The notes: a model not told the origin generated them from the sequence alone. 64,000 bases of DNA from Eledone cirrhosa (GCA_964016885.1 OZ024741.1:369520001-369584000); one strand, 5' to 3'. Counted from the first letter of the stretch, positions 42,903 to 58,656 are shown. Translations and numbers: made by a program.

Positions 42903-43305
42903 AGGCGGTGGATTAGCAGTATCGTTTGAGCATCGAACAACGTGATTCGAGGCATAGAGTTACGTCCTTTTACCTTCTGAGTTCAAATTTTGTCGAGAGG
43001 TCGTTAAAATAAAGTACCTGTATTGCACTGGGGTCAATTCCATTGATTTCCCCTTCCCCAAAATTGTTGAACTTGTGCCTTAATCAGAAACCATTATTTA
43101 TTAACAGATCGTGGATTGTCAGTATCGGTAGAGGGTCGGACGCCATGCTTTTCGGCATTGAGTTACGGCCCTTTACGTTCTGAGTTCAAATCCCGCCGAG
43201 GTTAACTTTGCCTTTCATCCTTACGGGGTCGATAAAATAAAGTACCAGTAACACACTGGAATAATTGCTGGCCTTGTACCTAAAAGTAGAAACCATTATT
43301 TATTA
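42903..43305 (+). mobile_element. Two tandem tRNA-derived SINEs (octopus-type)
   Basis: GGCGGTG.. head, box B GAGTTCAAATCCC, core CTTTGCCTTTCATCCTTACGGGGTCGATAAAATAAAGTACCAG, tail GAAACCATTATT. Confidence 0.8.
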
Positions 43306-43799
43306 ACAGATCGAACGACCAAATGAAGGGTATCTCGATGGCGATTGGTTGTTAATAACATTCGATTTCGTGATTTTACCTACATTCTTTAGGGTGACGT
43401 ACAGTTGACTTTGGCAAAGGAAATGCAAAATCCGATACAGCTTGGCAACTAATATAAACACATAGACTATATATACACTGTATATGATGTTGTCCAAGTA
43501 TAAGGCAAAGCCGATAGAGTTTGACAACAATACCATCGCAACTCAATTTTAGAGTAGATTGGGGCAAAGTAAAACAGTGTCTTGCTTAAAGACACAATGC
43601 ACCACCCTGTCTGTGAATTGAACTAATATCGTAACCACTACACCGCGAGCTTCCAAAAGAATGATCTAACGTACCTACTTATATTCATACAAAAACACAT
43701 ACACACAGAGTTTGTACCAACATACATACACATGGATGTAGATAACGCACATACACAGACCAACACCCACATATACTTACACACACACACACACACACA

Positions 43800-43898
<99 letters not shown>

Positions 43899-44134
43899 TT
43901 ATGCACACACACACACATATATATGATACATACATACACACTATATACATATGCACAAGGATGTGTATAAACATGCAGTCTTACACACATCCTTCTGATT
44001 TGTCTTTACTCACCCCCATTAATCGATTAACCTCTCAGTTTACATGCTTCTCAAGAGGATCTGGCCCCACTGTTACGTATCAGGTGACCACTGGCCACTC
44101 TGCGACTGCGCATCAGCTTAATGACGGAGGTAAA

Positions 44135-44215
<81 letters not shown>

Positions 44216-45018
44216 GAGAGGGAGAGAGAGGTAGAGAGGAGACTGTTGTAGTGACGGAGAGGGAGAGGAGTGGTATGAGGGGGACATAGAAGAAAGAGGA
44301 GCCGGGTGAGAGAGAGAAGGATACAGAGAAAGGAGTGGTGTGAGGGAGAGATAGAGAAGGAGGAGCTGTGTGATAGAAGGGAGAGGTGTGTTGTGAGGGA
44401 GAGATAGACGGGAATGTGTATTGTGAGGGAGAGATACAAGAGAGAGGAGTAGTGTGGGATAAGATGTAAGGGGTGTGGGTGGTGGTGTGAGGGAGATATC
44501 AATGGAGGAGAGTGGTGGAAGAGAAAGATAGAAGGGGGAATGGTGGGCGGGTGAGATAGAAGAGGGATGGTGGTGGGAGGGAAGATACGACATGGGAGGA
44601 GGTAGGCAGAGGGAAGGAATATAAGGAAGAAGGAAAGGAAGGACAAATATTAATAGTGTTGTTATTGTAGTTTATAGGTGTAAATGGTGGGGGGGAGGTT
44701 ATGAGGGGAAAGAGAAATACAACAGTTGTGGTGACTGCTAGAGTCAATGTGATGGAGAGAAAGTGAGATAGATAGATAGATATATTTCTTTATTTGCCAC
44801 AAGGGCGCACAAGAAAAGGGGACAATACAAAGACATGCCGGGGATTTTACATACAGTCGTGTAAAAAATATAAAAACAAACAATTACAACAATCGAAATC
44901 CCCAATAGGGAGGAAGCACCACAAATGGGTTGTTTAATACCCTGTCGATAGAACAACCCTCAACTCCAGGAGCGTGTTGTGCAAGTACTCCTTTCTTCCT
45001 TTTGCTCTTTTCTTCAAC

Positions 45019-48000
45019 CTACAGGCTTATAAACAGAGAAGGCCCAATCACTCGGGCCATTTTCGCTTCATTCACCCACCTTTCAGTAAATTTACTGGGG
45101 TGCAGTGTCTCTCTCTCCACTCTGATTCTCCTTCTAAAGTGATACTTAAAGAAGGGAATCAATTGTTGTCCGGAGAGAAAGGCATCTGTCCTCAGTCCTC
45201 TCAATCTCGTCCACCATATAACTTCTTTCACCATAGCCACTGTACAGAGGAAAACCGCCTCTCTTTCGTTTTTGAAAGAGGCTGGCGGTTTGATCCTTAC
45301 TATGGACTCGGCAGTCAACTGGATTTGTCCCATACGCGACAGCAGTTGTTCTGCATAGTTCCACAGGTCGGTTACGCCCGGGCAGTGTACAATTGCGTGC
45401 AGGACGGTTTCAATGTCCTGCGCACATCTTGGACACGTCCTCTTGGAAGGATCCCTGCCGGGGCGTCCGTGCCTGTAGATCTTGTCACGAACCGGTAGAG
45501 ATCCTCGGTAGCACTGCCAGGCCAGGGACTTCTGGAAGTTGTCCATAGGTCCCGGGCGGAAAGTCCTACCAAACAGACTGGTGAGCTCATCGTCTTCGAC
45601 GCCCGGAGTCTCTCCGAGAACGTCGTCGCCCTTGTAACGTACAATCCCTCTATAGAATGTCGAAGTGGAGTCTCCACTGATTGCTGTGCTCGCTTACCAG
45701 AGGACTATGAGCGCCTGAGCGCATTCAATGTGCCAGGCGCCCATCGTTTTCGGTCTTTTCTTAACCCAGGACTGCAGCTCCGTCAGCGAGACGAGCTGTG
45801 GGAAAACTTGTCTCACAAACGGTGCCCACACCGGTTGGGGATCGGTGAGGAATACCTGGAGAGGCCGCAGCCTCAGCGCATATTTGCGCATCATCAGCCA
45901 CGGCATTCCCAGCCCTCCGTTGGAAGGGTGCTGACAGCAGTGGATCTCCTCACCAGCGGAGCCTGCATCTTCCACAGAAACTGGAAGAGCATGCGTTCCA
46001 TCTTGGCGAGGTGTTCACGGGGACAAGGCACGACAGTCAAGCGGTAGTAGATGACGGACGCTATGAAAGTGTTCGCCACCTCCGCTCGACCTTTCAAGGA
46101 CAGTTTGCACTCTGCCCACTTTTGGGTGAGCGCAAACACCTTGGCCGTTACCTCGTTCCAGTTTTTCTCCACCTGGAGGTCTAGACCGAACCAGACCCCG
46201 AGCAATTTCACCGGTCCGTCCGTCCAGCGTCCTACGACGCTGTCGGACGTCATCGGTTTGCCTCTCCACGTACCGAGTTGCAGACCGACAGACTTATCCG
46301 GGTTTAGTTTTGCTCCCGTCAGCGTTTCGTATTCTTTCAGTAAGTTGCCGATCACCCCGATTTCCGAGGTGCTCGACACCATTACCATCACGTCGTCGGC
46401 ATAAGCCGACGCCGCTTTGCGCAGTCCCGGTTCTAGAGGGATGCCCTGCAATAGCTCCAATTTCTGCAGTAGTTGCTCTAGAGTCAATACATACAGAATG
46501 GAGGAGAGAGAGCATGTCTAGTGAATGGAACGCGTGATTGCGAACGGCTTCGATAGGTAACCCTTCACCTTGACCATCGATAGATGCTGGTGTGCATCGC
46601 CTCGATCCAGCCTCTGAAAACGGGACCGAAACCGGCCGCCTTGAGAACCGCTTGCAAGTATCGATGGTCGACCCTATCGAATGCCTTAGACTGATCCAAA
46701 TTGATCAGAGCCCCACCGAAGCCGGGTTTACTACCCACCCTCTCTATGATGTATCGCATGAGGTGGAGGTTGTCGTGTATGGACCTGGTCGGGATTGCAC
46801 ACGTTTGCGCTTTCCCTACCAGGTTGTCGACGACAAGCACCAACTCGTCGCTAGCACCTTGGCCAAAATCTTTAACTCTGTGTTGAGCAGAGTTATGGGC
46901 CTGAAGTTGTTAATTTCATCCCTCTTGTTCTCGTCTTTCCTGATCAGCGTTACTACGCCCCTGCCTACAGAACTGGGAATTCTCCCGTTCTGCTGCCAAT
47001 TGCAGTAGACGGCTTCGAGGACGCCAGAGAACAAGTCCGGCATGCCTATGTAAAACTCATAGGCTAGACCATCTAGACCGGGTGACTTGCGTTTCCCGCA
47101 GCGGTCCAGAGCGTCCCGTATCTCAGTGTCCGTGATCGGTCTTTCGCAGAACTCGGCGTCCGTGTTCGAGAGACGCGGCAGGCCGTCGAGGTATGAACTA
47201 AAGTACATTGCCCGGTTCGGCTCACCGTCGTTCTGCTCAGAAAGTCGCGCAAAGTGCTGCTGAAAGGCCGCGCACATTTGCTTGGGGTCAAGTAGCACGC
47301 GTCCGTTTTGGTCTTTCAAAGACCGAATCGTGGACTTGTTGCCACTTTTCGCCTCCGTCACTCGGGCCCAGCTGACAGCTTTCGCTCCTTCGTTTCCTAG
47401 AGCACGTGTTTTGCTTCTGACCACGCAGCCTTCGACGCTAACACTCTAGCCGCGTTGTCACTTCTAAGTGCCTCCTCTACCTTGGCTACTAGTTCACTTT
47501 CTATTTTGTTTTTCTCTAAGGCTAACTCTCTGCTAAACCCTTTCGATTCTATTCTAATTGCTTTCTTGAGGGAGTACCACCATTTATTGTTGACGATGGC
47601 TCCCGTTAACTGTTGCTTGACTAGTCTACTTATCCGTTCACTGTAAGCTTTACGTGCCGGTAACGACACGTTCAGCTTCCAGTATCTGGGTCCTTGTCTA
47701 TGTGTTCTATCACGGTTGACTAAGCACACGACTAACTTGTGATCTGAATAGGCAACCATGTGCATTCGTGGACAGCTTAACATATCCTTGTCCCTTTCTC
47801 TAATGAAGAACCTATCTAAATACGATCTAGATGTCGCGCTGCGGTTTGCCCACGTCCACTTTGGTGCAGTCGGGAAATCCAGTCGATACCTATCGGCCAG
47901 TTGGAATTGGCCGATTAAAGTTTTGAGGCTGTTGCCCCCCCCCCCTCTACTGGGACATTCTCCCACATAGTCCCATCGTGAATCTAGGATACCATTCCAG

Positions 48001-48426
48001 TCCCCCACTAAAAGTAAGGAACATGACGTTCCCAAAAAATACTCTAGACGCTTAAAGAAGTCTGGCCGTGATTGTGATTGCCCGGTCGGGCATAAACGGC
48101 CACGAGTCTGAAGGCTCCACCTCCAATACTGTTCACGTCTGGGAATACCAGTCTACCCTCCGGGTCCAAGTGTACTTGCTGTACTTCGACGTCCAAGTTC
48201 TTCCGAAACATGACAGCCACTCCCCCTCCACCTCCTGGCTGACAGAGAGATGCGTAGATCTCAAAGTCGTCGAAGATGGGGTTAGTTGCTGCCTGTTGTG
48301 GATCCTGGGCTTGGTGATGGCTATCACATCCATACCGTGTAACCTAAGGTCGTTTAAAAGTTGGCCCTGTTTCCAGGGCATCCCTAGGCCACGCACATTC
48401 ACGCTTCCAACTCGTAAACTAGCCAT
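45019..48426 (-). pseudogene. LINE ORF2 (AP endonuclease, RT, Cys-rich domain) with several frameshifts
   Basis: MASLRVGSVNVRGL, VGDWN, YLDRFF, SDH, KSPGLDG, FRPITLLN, LDQSKAFDRVDH, AYADD, GGLG, CPRC..ETVLHAIVHC. Confidence 0.92.
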
Positions 48427-48499
48427 GTTGGTGAAGAAAAGTTGGAGAAAAGGGACGAAAATGTGCACATATCTTTTCGTTTCCTGGAGATCGGGTTGT

Positions 48500-50302
48500 T
48501 CAATCTCCATTTGGGTGCTGGATGGGTTGTTGGGTGGGGTGGGGAAACATTTTAACAGGACGCGGTTGATAGGTTTCTGGCCGGGGTTGCCCACGTCTTG
48601 TGACAATTTATTTTTCAGGTTATTATAGGTTTCCATAGAAACCCTTGTAAGTTTAAGGTGTGGAGACGATACTGCCATGACGAAAGTTTTGCCCTCCGTC
48701 TCCACCTTGGGGTTTTGGGAGATGACCTCCATCAAACTCTTGTTGTTTGTGTTGATATATGCGTATTGTTGTTTGTGATTTGTGTTGTTTTAGTTTGTTG
48801 TTCGTCCGGGAGTTTTCTTTTTATGGTGGGTGCTTGTGTTTGAGGTGGTGTTGGTGTTGGTTTTGCTGGTAGGGGGATGTTTGACTGTGGGTTTGTTTGT
48901 GTTGTTGTTTGTGTCTGTGGTTGTGTGTTGGTGTTGGTGTTGGAGTTTTGGGGGTTTTGTGGTGTCTCTTTTTTTGTTTTTTAGATTTCCGCGGCTCTCC
49001 CACTTCTTCACTTAAAGAAGGAAAAGCAGCTTCATCCGTCGATGAATAATCCTCGTCAGGAGTGTGGGGTAGGGGTATGTTGTGTGGTGGTGGTGTTTCG
49101 GTGTGTGTATTTGTGGTAGTGTTTAATGGAGTGGGATGGAGTGGGGCTGTGTTCTTCAGGGGTGTTGCCTCTGTTTTTTCTGTTGTTGTTGGTTGAGTGG
49201 CTGTTTGCTTTGGTGTGTTTGCTCGTTTCGTCTGTTGTTGTTGTTGTTGTGGTGGTGGTAATGGTGGTAGTCGCGGTGATTGTTTTGGTGCTGGTGTTGG
49301 TAAAAGTACTCTTTTTTTAAAAAGATTTGTTTGTAAAGGGCAGGAGGCTTTTAGGTGTGATGTGCTTGCATCGAAAACAGTGAGGCTTTCTGCCCCCAGT
49401 TACGATGTTGATGTAGTTCTGGTTGTCGACCAGCACTCTTTCGGGGATTTTGGAAATTATTTCTGGTGTCATTTGTATCAGAATTTCCAAATTTTTCCCT
49501 GACCACCTTTGTCTGGTCGATTTCCTGACCGAAAGAATTGTATCACTTCCTGGCGCTATAAAACCGGCAAAGATCCACCAAATGTTGATGTTCGGTGGTA
49601 TATTATTTATTTTAATTTTTGAGTTCTTTTTCCCATGTAAGTAGGGAAAAAGGTGTGTGCTTTTGTGATGACTGGTGTAACAGAATGCTTTTGTGCGAGG
49701 GCCTCGCTTGTAAAAAGTACCGAAACACTTCCATATAGTCTGGCCCTCTGCATAAAATCAATGTCCTGCAGAGCCTCTTTCAGGGTTGTTTCAATTTCTC
49801 CTTGACTGAGGTATACCGGTTATTTCGTTTGATTTGAAACAGTTCGGAAGGTTACTGTCCTTCGAACTGTTTCTCGTTTAATTTGCAAGGGTGAGTTTAT
49901 ATGAAACCCACAATTTTCTTCAAAGGTAATGAATTGTTTTGCATCGGTCAACATTTGTTTGGAGTTGCTTTTGTCGATGTGTTTGTACTCTGTTTTATTT
50001 ATCACAGTCTGCGCGAATCTTGTTTTTTCGATTTTGTTGTTGTCGGTTTTTTCGTGTGTAGTTGTGTCAATTGTTTCAATTTCTGCATGTTTTGTATTTT
50101 TTTGTGTCTGTTGTCGGCTGTTATTTTCATCTTTTGTTGTGTAAATATCCATTTCTTTACGAAACGAAGTTTTGTTGTTGTTCGTTTCCATAGATACTTC
50201 TATGGAAATATAGGGAGATATAACGTTTATATCTGTCTCTTTCCCTCTCTTCTCGCAGTCTAGCGTTCGTTGTAAGTCACACATTATTAAAGTTAGGAAC
50301 AT
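48500..50302 (-). pseudogene. LINE ORF1 remnant
   Basis: Upstream of ORF2 on the same strand; K/T/N-rich ORF pieces broken by stops. No domain recognised with certainty. Confidence 0.55.
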
Positions 50303-50490
50303 TTTTTAAAACTTGTCAATCTTTTAAAATTAAATTTCCGCCCCTGTGGGGCGAAAACTAAGATTACCACCCAGCTGACAATTCAGCCTGGGTGTTAATC
50401 TATCAAACAATATACATTTTTACACAATGAATTCTGTTTTTGTATAGAAAATTTTACAAAAACTTACCAGCGATCTACCGCACGTCCGAT

Positions 50491-51803
<1,313 letters not shown>

Positions 51804-51984
51804 ATTAATTGATAGATGGATAGATAAGTAGATAGATGGATAGATAGGTAGATAGATAGATAGACAGATAGGTAGATAGATAGACAGATAGGTAGATAGA
51901 TAGACAGATAGGTAGATAGATAGAGCGATATATAGAGAGATTGATAGATGGATAGATAGGTAGATAGATAGATAGAGATAGATA

Positions 51985-53268
51985 TGTTTCTTTATTAATC
52001 ACAGGGGCACAAAAGGAGGGGACAAATACAAAGGGGAAAGTTTACATACAATAAAAACCTGTAAAATACTATCACAAATGCAATTTAAAAAACAATCGAT
52101 TTTCCCCAATAGGGGGAGACATTACATATGGGTAACACATACCTCCGAAAAAAATATGCAACCCTCATCTCCAGGAGTACGAAGAGTGAGTACTCCTTTC
52201 CTCTCTTCCTCTTTTTCCTCAACCTACAAGCTGATATAGAGAGAAGGCCCATTCACTTGGGCCATTCTCGCCACTTTCACCCACCTTTCATAAAACTTGC
52301 TGGGGTACAGCACCTCTCTCTCCATCCTGATTCTTCTTCCAAAGTGGTATTTTAAAAAAAGAATCAGTTGTTGGCCGGAGAGAAAGGTGTCTGCCCTCAG
52401 CCTTTTTAACCTCGTCCACCATACAACCTCTTTTTCCATAGCTATCACACAGAGGAAAACCGCCTCTCCTTCGTTTTTGAAGGAGGGTGGCGGTTTGATC
52501 ATGACAATGGACTCGATGGTCAACCGGATTTGTCCCATCCGCGACAATAGTCGTTCTACATAGCCCCACAGGTCGGTAACGCCCGAGCAGTGTACGAATT
52601 CGTGCGCGATGGGTTCTTCGTCCCGCACATCTCGGACAGATCTTTTTCGAAGGGTCCCTGCCCGGGCGCCCGTGTCTGTAGAGCTTGTCGCGAACTGGTA
52701 GAGCTTCTCGGTAGCACTGCCAGGCCAGGGACTTTAGGAAGTTGTCCATCTGTCCTGGGCGGAAGGTCCTACCGAACAGACTGGCCATTTCGTCTTCCTC
52801 TACGCCTAGAGTTTCTCCGAGCGCGTATTCACACTTGCTGCGGACCAACCCTCTATAGAATGACGAAGGGTCCGCCTGCCAGAGGGCTGTGAGCACCTGA
52901 GCACATTCGATGTGCCAGTCGCCCATTTTCCTCGGTCTTTGCTTGACCCAGGACTGCAGCTCGGTCAGCGAGACGAGTCGTGGGAAGGCTCGCCTCACAC
53001 CGGTTGTCTGGTGAGGAATACGTGGAGGTGCCGCAGCCTGAGCGCGTGTTTGCACTCGGCCCACTTCTGGGTGAGTGCAAACACCTTGGCCGTCACCTCG
53101 TTCCAGTTCTTCTCCACCTGGAGGTTTGGACCAAACCAGACCCCGAGCAGCTTCACCGGTCCTTCCGTCCAGCGTCCGACGACGCCATCGGAAGGCATCG
53201 GTTTGCCTCTCCACGTTCCGAGTTGCAAACCGATGGACTTGTCCTGGTTCAGCTTCGCTCCTGTGAAC
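51985..53268 (-). mobile_element. 5'-truncated, internally deleted LINE of the same family
   Basis: ORF pieces 52224-52628, 52288-53214 and 52995-53228 match ORF2; 3' end abuts (GATA)n. Confidence 0.9.
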
Positions 53269-53313
53269 CTTTTGTATGTCCGAGAGATTGTCTACGTAAA
53301 TTTTTTATAAAAA

Positions 53314-53850
53314 GTAATTGTTTTCTACTTTTGGCACAAGACCAGCAATTACTCCAGTGCGTTACTGGTACTCTATTTTATCGACCCCGTAAGGATGAAA
53401 GGCAAAGTTAACTTCGCCGGAATTTGAACTCAGACCCTAAAGGGACATAACTCTATGCTGCAAAACATGGCGTCCGACCCTCTACCGATACTGCCAACTC
53501 ACGCCCTAATTATTTAAAAAAATAATTGTTTTTAATTTAGGCACAACGCCAGCATTCTGTGGGAGAGAGAAAAGACAATTAAATTGAACCCAGTACTTGA
53601 CTGGTACTTTATTTTACCTCATTCCCTTTGGTGTGTGGACGAAAAGCAAAGTTGAACTCACCGGGATTTGAACTCCGAACACAAGCAGCCATAACGAAAT
53701 ACAATAGGGGTATTTTGTCTGATTCTATAATGATTCTGCCGAATTCACCATCTTTTGCGAGACTTGAACTCAAAACGTAAAGAGCCGTATCTAAATATAT
53801 TGAGGTACTTTAGCTGACTCTCTGACGATTCTGCAAAATAAATCAACTGC
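53314..53850 (-). mobile_element. Cluster of 2-3 SINE copies
   Basis: Reverse complement of the 42903-43305 SINE motifs. Confidence 0.8.
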
Positions 53851-54030
53851 ACCATAAAAAACCCCCAAAAGAACTGATACCATGACGTTTGATAAACAAT
53901 GTTCAAAGTTCTCGGCGTTGAAGGTAACATAGAAAGTAAAATTTATGGTTGATATAACAATAAATTGGTTGAACATACAGAAAAAGAAAGCAGTATTAGA
54001 AAGAACTATAAATTCAATAAATGTCATAAA

Positions 54031-54783
54031 TTGCCAGAAATAATAACAGAACACACTCACTGTTTGGTTTGGGTTCGTTTTCGCTTCTGTATATTTTATA
54101 TCTCCGTAGTTAATTTAACTGGCAATCAATGTTTATCATTGATTGACCAACGGTTAAAAATACAGATATAAATATATATATATAGTCTATCAAAGTTCTT
54201 TCGTCACACATCTGTGACATCATCAGTGGTACTATTATGTTTCCTCTCGTTGTATTGTAATGCCTACGCCATTTTTATTTAATTAATTAATTTATTTATT
54301 CTTGTCTCTGTCTCTGTTTGCGCGTGCGTTTGCGTGTGTGTTTCCTGTTTGGTGTGTGTGTTCGTGTTTGAATGTATGTGATTTTGTATTCTATCTTTGT
54401 TCACTAGTATGGGTTTATATGTGTTTGTTGTTATTGTACTTGTGTATATATTTATTTATATATACACTCAAATACGAACACACACATCAAACAGGAAATA
54501 CACACGCAAACGCATGACAAGAATAAATAAATAAAATAAAAATGGTGTAGGCATTACAATATAATGGGAGGAAACATAATAGTATCACTGATGATGTCAC
54601 AGATGTGTGACGAAAGAACTTTGATAGACTACATATATATGTTTATATCTATAATTTTAACCGTTGCTCAATCAATGATAAACATTGATTGCCAAATAAA
54701 TTAACTATGGAGATATAAAATATACAGAAGCGAAAACCAACCCAAACCAAACAGTGAGTGTGTTCTGTTATTATTTCTGGCAA
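54031..54783. mobile_element. Head-to-head inverted pLTR pair (arms ~54031-54370 / 54468-54783)
   Basis: Arms are reverse complements with scattered mismatches; HHR in each. Confidence 0.85.
54583..54626 (+). ncRNA. Type-I hammerhead motif (mirror at 54188-54231 on -)
   Basis: TATCA-CTGATGA-T GTCACA GATG TGTGAC-GAAAG-AA-CTT-TGATA. Confidence 0.85.
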
Positions 54784-54862
54784 TATTATAACAATATGAC
54801 CCTCTCCAAATATAACAATATTTGTTTCAACACACGACTTCGTATAAAAAACCTTGCAAAAC

Positions 54863-54916
<54 letters not shown>

Positions 54917-54947
54917 ACACACACAGACACACACAGACACACACACA

Positions 54948-55023
<76 letters not shown>

Positions 55024-55119
55024 ACTATTATAAAGATCGCGGAATCAGTGTTGCATCATATCACATTTATTAACAGGTAAGATGTTTGAACACACAAAAC
55101 ATATCTGAAGATCCTTCAA

Positions 55120-55527
55120 ATGGTTGCTAAACACTGTACGGCTTAATTCGGGATGTTTGTTTACAAACAAACCGAGCAGTATAATAAATGTTCGGTGAAT
55201 CCATACGTACATATATATATGTGTGCATGTATGTATATATATACATACTACTGTACGTCTGTATACATATATGTATGTACGTATACATACTTATATTTAA
55301 GTAACAGCTGTACTAAGAGTGAGAAATGAAATTTCGTTTCATTTTTTCCGTTTATCGTTTTCGGTGAAATGCATAGACGGTTGTCCCCCTTGCTTCTGCT
55401 GGACATCACCGGAGGGCATTAGCCCCCCGGTGTTTGCATAGCTACGGCTTCCTAAAACTGTATTTCTTTGGAGATACGAAATATTTATACATATTGTATG
55501 AAGCCATGCATGCTTGAAGCGAAATCC

Positions 55528-55530
<3 letters not shown>
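55120..55530 (+). mobile_element. Family B copy with a different downstream extension
   Basis: 55120-55357 nearly matches 14195-14430. Confidence 0.75.
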
Positions 55531-55592
<62 letters not shown>

Positions 55593-55925
55593 GTTGAAAA
55601 AGGGGATAAAGTTATCTACAAAACACAGGTTATAATTTAAAAGTGAAGGGGAAAATGCACAGAAGTATATTTAAAGATTATTGAAAGATTATTTTTTCTC
55701 TAATCTGAGAGAATGAATAATTTTATAATTGTTGCATTAAATATAAACGGTTTCCATTGGTATAACAATCTTATTAAATATTAAATACTAAATATAAAAA
55801 AAAATGCTTTTTATGTATTCTGTGAACAGTTCTAATTTATTACATTATAATTATAAAATTATTCACTTTGTCGGATGAAGGAAAAAATAATCTTTAAATA
55901 TACTTCTGTGCAGTTCACCCTCACT

Positions 55926-55972
<47 letters not shown>

Positions 55973-55979
<7 letters not shown>

Positions 55980-56591
55980 TAGCGAGAATCGTTTTCAGCT
56001 CAGGAATTAACGAAAATCAACGTCCGATATGTGTGGCAAGCGCTCGATGAATCATATGAATCAGAGCTACAACATACGTTAAGGGCCAAACACACTGAGA
56101 TGATGGTTAAACATATCATCCGCACAGCCAAAACAAAACGACCAAGTAATTCGGGTCAAACAATAAAAATATATGTGTTGATACTTTCCCGGACCCTGGA
56201 CTGATGGTAAAATCCAGTATTGGTTTCTGCGACTCCAAATCAGGTACTGTCCGCCTACATAAAGAATGTTGGGCTTCTGGTGAGATGATGAACAAGGCAG
56301 TCGTGTTTTCAACGGGTTTTGCTCCAATATGCTATAGATAGTGTAGCTATTACTGACCCCTCGTGGGATTCAGCAAGGGAGGTAACACCTCTATTAAGCG
56401 AATGATTCAGTTGTGTATTATTGCGAGAATGCAAAATATCACAAATCGAATAAAGCTCTCGACAGAATGGTTAAATATAACAGAGCCATTCAACAGTCAA
56501 TATAAGTAACTGAAAAAATCAATAAAATTAACTGCTCAATAGCTAGACTCTGGAGATTAATACAAATATAAATTAGCGAGAATCGTTTTCA
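55973..56591 (-). mobile_element. Family C complete unit (~593 nt) with short terminal redundancy
   Basis: ATATAAATTAGCGAGAATCGTTTTCA at both ends; collinear with 31820-32592. Confidence 0.85.
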
Positions 56592-56667
56592 TAGTAGTAA
56601 TAAATGTGAAGACTACAATCCGATTCCGCCTTGCCTGTCCCCTCAATATTTCTAATTTCTCATTCTT

Positions 56668-56703
56668 TCTTCTGATGAAGGACTATCGTCCGAAACGTTA
56701 AGA
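56668..56703 (+). ncRNA. Minimal hammerhead motif in a short pLTR-like fragment (damaged relative at ~21900-21935)
   Basis: TCTT-CTGATGA-A GGAC TATC GTCC-GAAAC-GTT-AAGA. Stem III has no loop (palindrome AACGTT). Confidence 0.85.
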
Positions 56704-57910
56704 CCCTCTTCCTCCTATGTCAAGCGTTAAACTAATATATTCCTTCCATAAGCTGTACCGTTTGTTTTGTTATTTTTGTTTACCTTTTACATACATAATC
56801 CATATATGTATGTATGCATGTATGTAAGTGTGTGCATGTGTATACATATGCGTATATAAATATATCTATGTATGTGTGTGTGTGCGTTTTTATGTATGTA
56901 CGTATGTATGTATGTACTTCATGTATGTATGTATATATGTATGTCATGTCGCTCTCGAGTGCTACTGGTAACATGTAACCTATCTCATGGTCGGGTTGTC
57001 GGCGACTAAACCGGCAACCCCCACCAAGCTTGTTTGGTGAGGAGGGTGATATTTGGACACCCTGCACAAGACCCGGCAAAGGTCGGAGGAACTCAGCAGA
57101 GTCAACAGCCATCCAAATAGTACTCTTATTTTCTTTTTCACCTGTGAGTGAAAGGCCCCCAGTTGTTGCCACAACACCTTTCTAAAAGAGGGAAACTCTG
57201 AAAAAAACCTGCGGCTCCGGAAGCATCCGATGATGTTGACCAGTCCTCCTTTTCGGGTAGTGTTTTCGATGCTCAGAGAGTTGGTTGGACGAGTGCAAGG
57301 CCTTTCCCCCACTTAAAAAACATTCAAAGCACAGGCATTGCTTGTTCAGGATATGTTACAGGTTTGTGTGGCTGGCCGTAGCCTAAAAGTGCACCAAACT
57401 ATAATCCTCCAAGCAATTGCAATACCCTTAGCAGAGTTTGCAGCCATCATGTATGCATGTATGCATGTATGCATGTGTGTGTCTATGTATGTATGCATGT
57501 ATGTATGTATGTATGTATGTATGTATGTATGTATGTGTGTATGTATGTGTGTATGTATGTGTGTGTATGTATGTATGCATTCATGTATATATGTATTTAT
57601 GCATGCATGTATGTATGTATATATGTATGTATGCATCTATGTATGTATGAGTGTGTGTGTTTACATCTAAACAAAAGGCCGTGCTGGTATATCAAATATA
57701 AATATATAAGTGAAGATATAGAACCGGTCGTGTCTGACATATCTCTTTTCATTCAAATATTTACTGGTTTATACGTCAACAGGCTGAGATTTGGTGGAAA
57801 CATAAACACTAGACTGGCCGTTCATCTTCCACCTCTGTTTCCTTCTCTCTCCCTCGCCCTCTCTCTATATATACCTATCTCTCCCTCTCTTAACAACCAA
57901 TACATTTAAT

Positions 57911-57942
<32 letters not shown>

Positions 57943-57995
57943 TATATATTATATATATATATATATGTATGTGTGTCTGTGTGTATATTATACAG

Positions 57996-58149
<154 letters not shown>

Positions 58150-58333
58150 ATGCATATATTATCACGTATCTCCATATATCTAACGGTGATGGGTTATTCC
58201 CACTAGTAACTGCCAACTGGAGGCAAAGAAAAAGACACATAACCCCCTCCCTTACACACATAAATATAAACATTCACCTCAACCCACATACACACACATA
58301 TACATGTTTGTGTGTATGTATTTATATATATAT

Positions 58334-58568
<235 letters not shown>

Positions 58569-58600
58569 TATATATATATATATATCTATATATATATATT

Positions 58601-58655
<55 letters not shown>

Positions 58656-58656
58656 G

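Larger units (their letters stand above)
44783..50487 (-). mobile_element. Apparently full-length but disrupted L1/Tx1-like LINE between (GATA)n tracts
   Basis: 5' UTR, ORF1 remnants, APE-RT-Zn ORF2 pieces, 3' end CCCTTGTGGCAAATAAAGAAAT. Confidence 0.9.

Noticed and set aside
42903-43200. tRNA genes
   Set aside because: Box A/B-like motifs belong to SINE heads; no complete cloverleaf.
44030-44135. Possible small exon (CTCTCAG...GAG|GTAAAG), and unique sequence at 36100-36390
   Set aside because: Weak splice signals, no recognisable peptide, no partner exons.
56945-57450. Possible RTE-type 5' UTR fragment
   Set aside because: Only a vague resemblance; no coding motif or second copy in the window.
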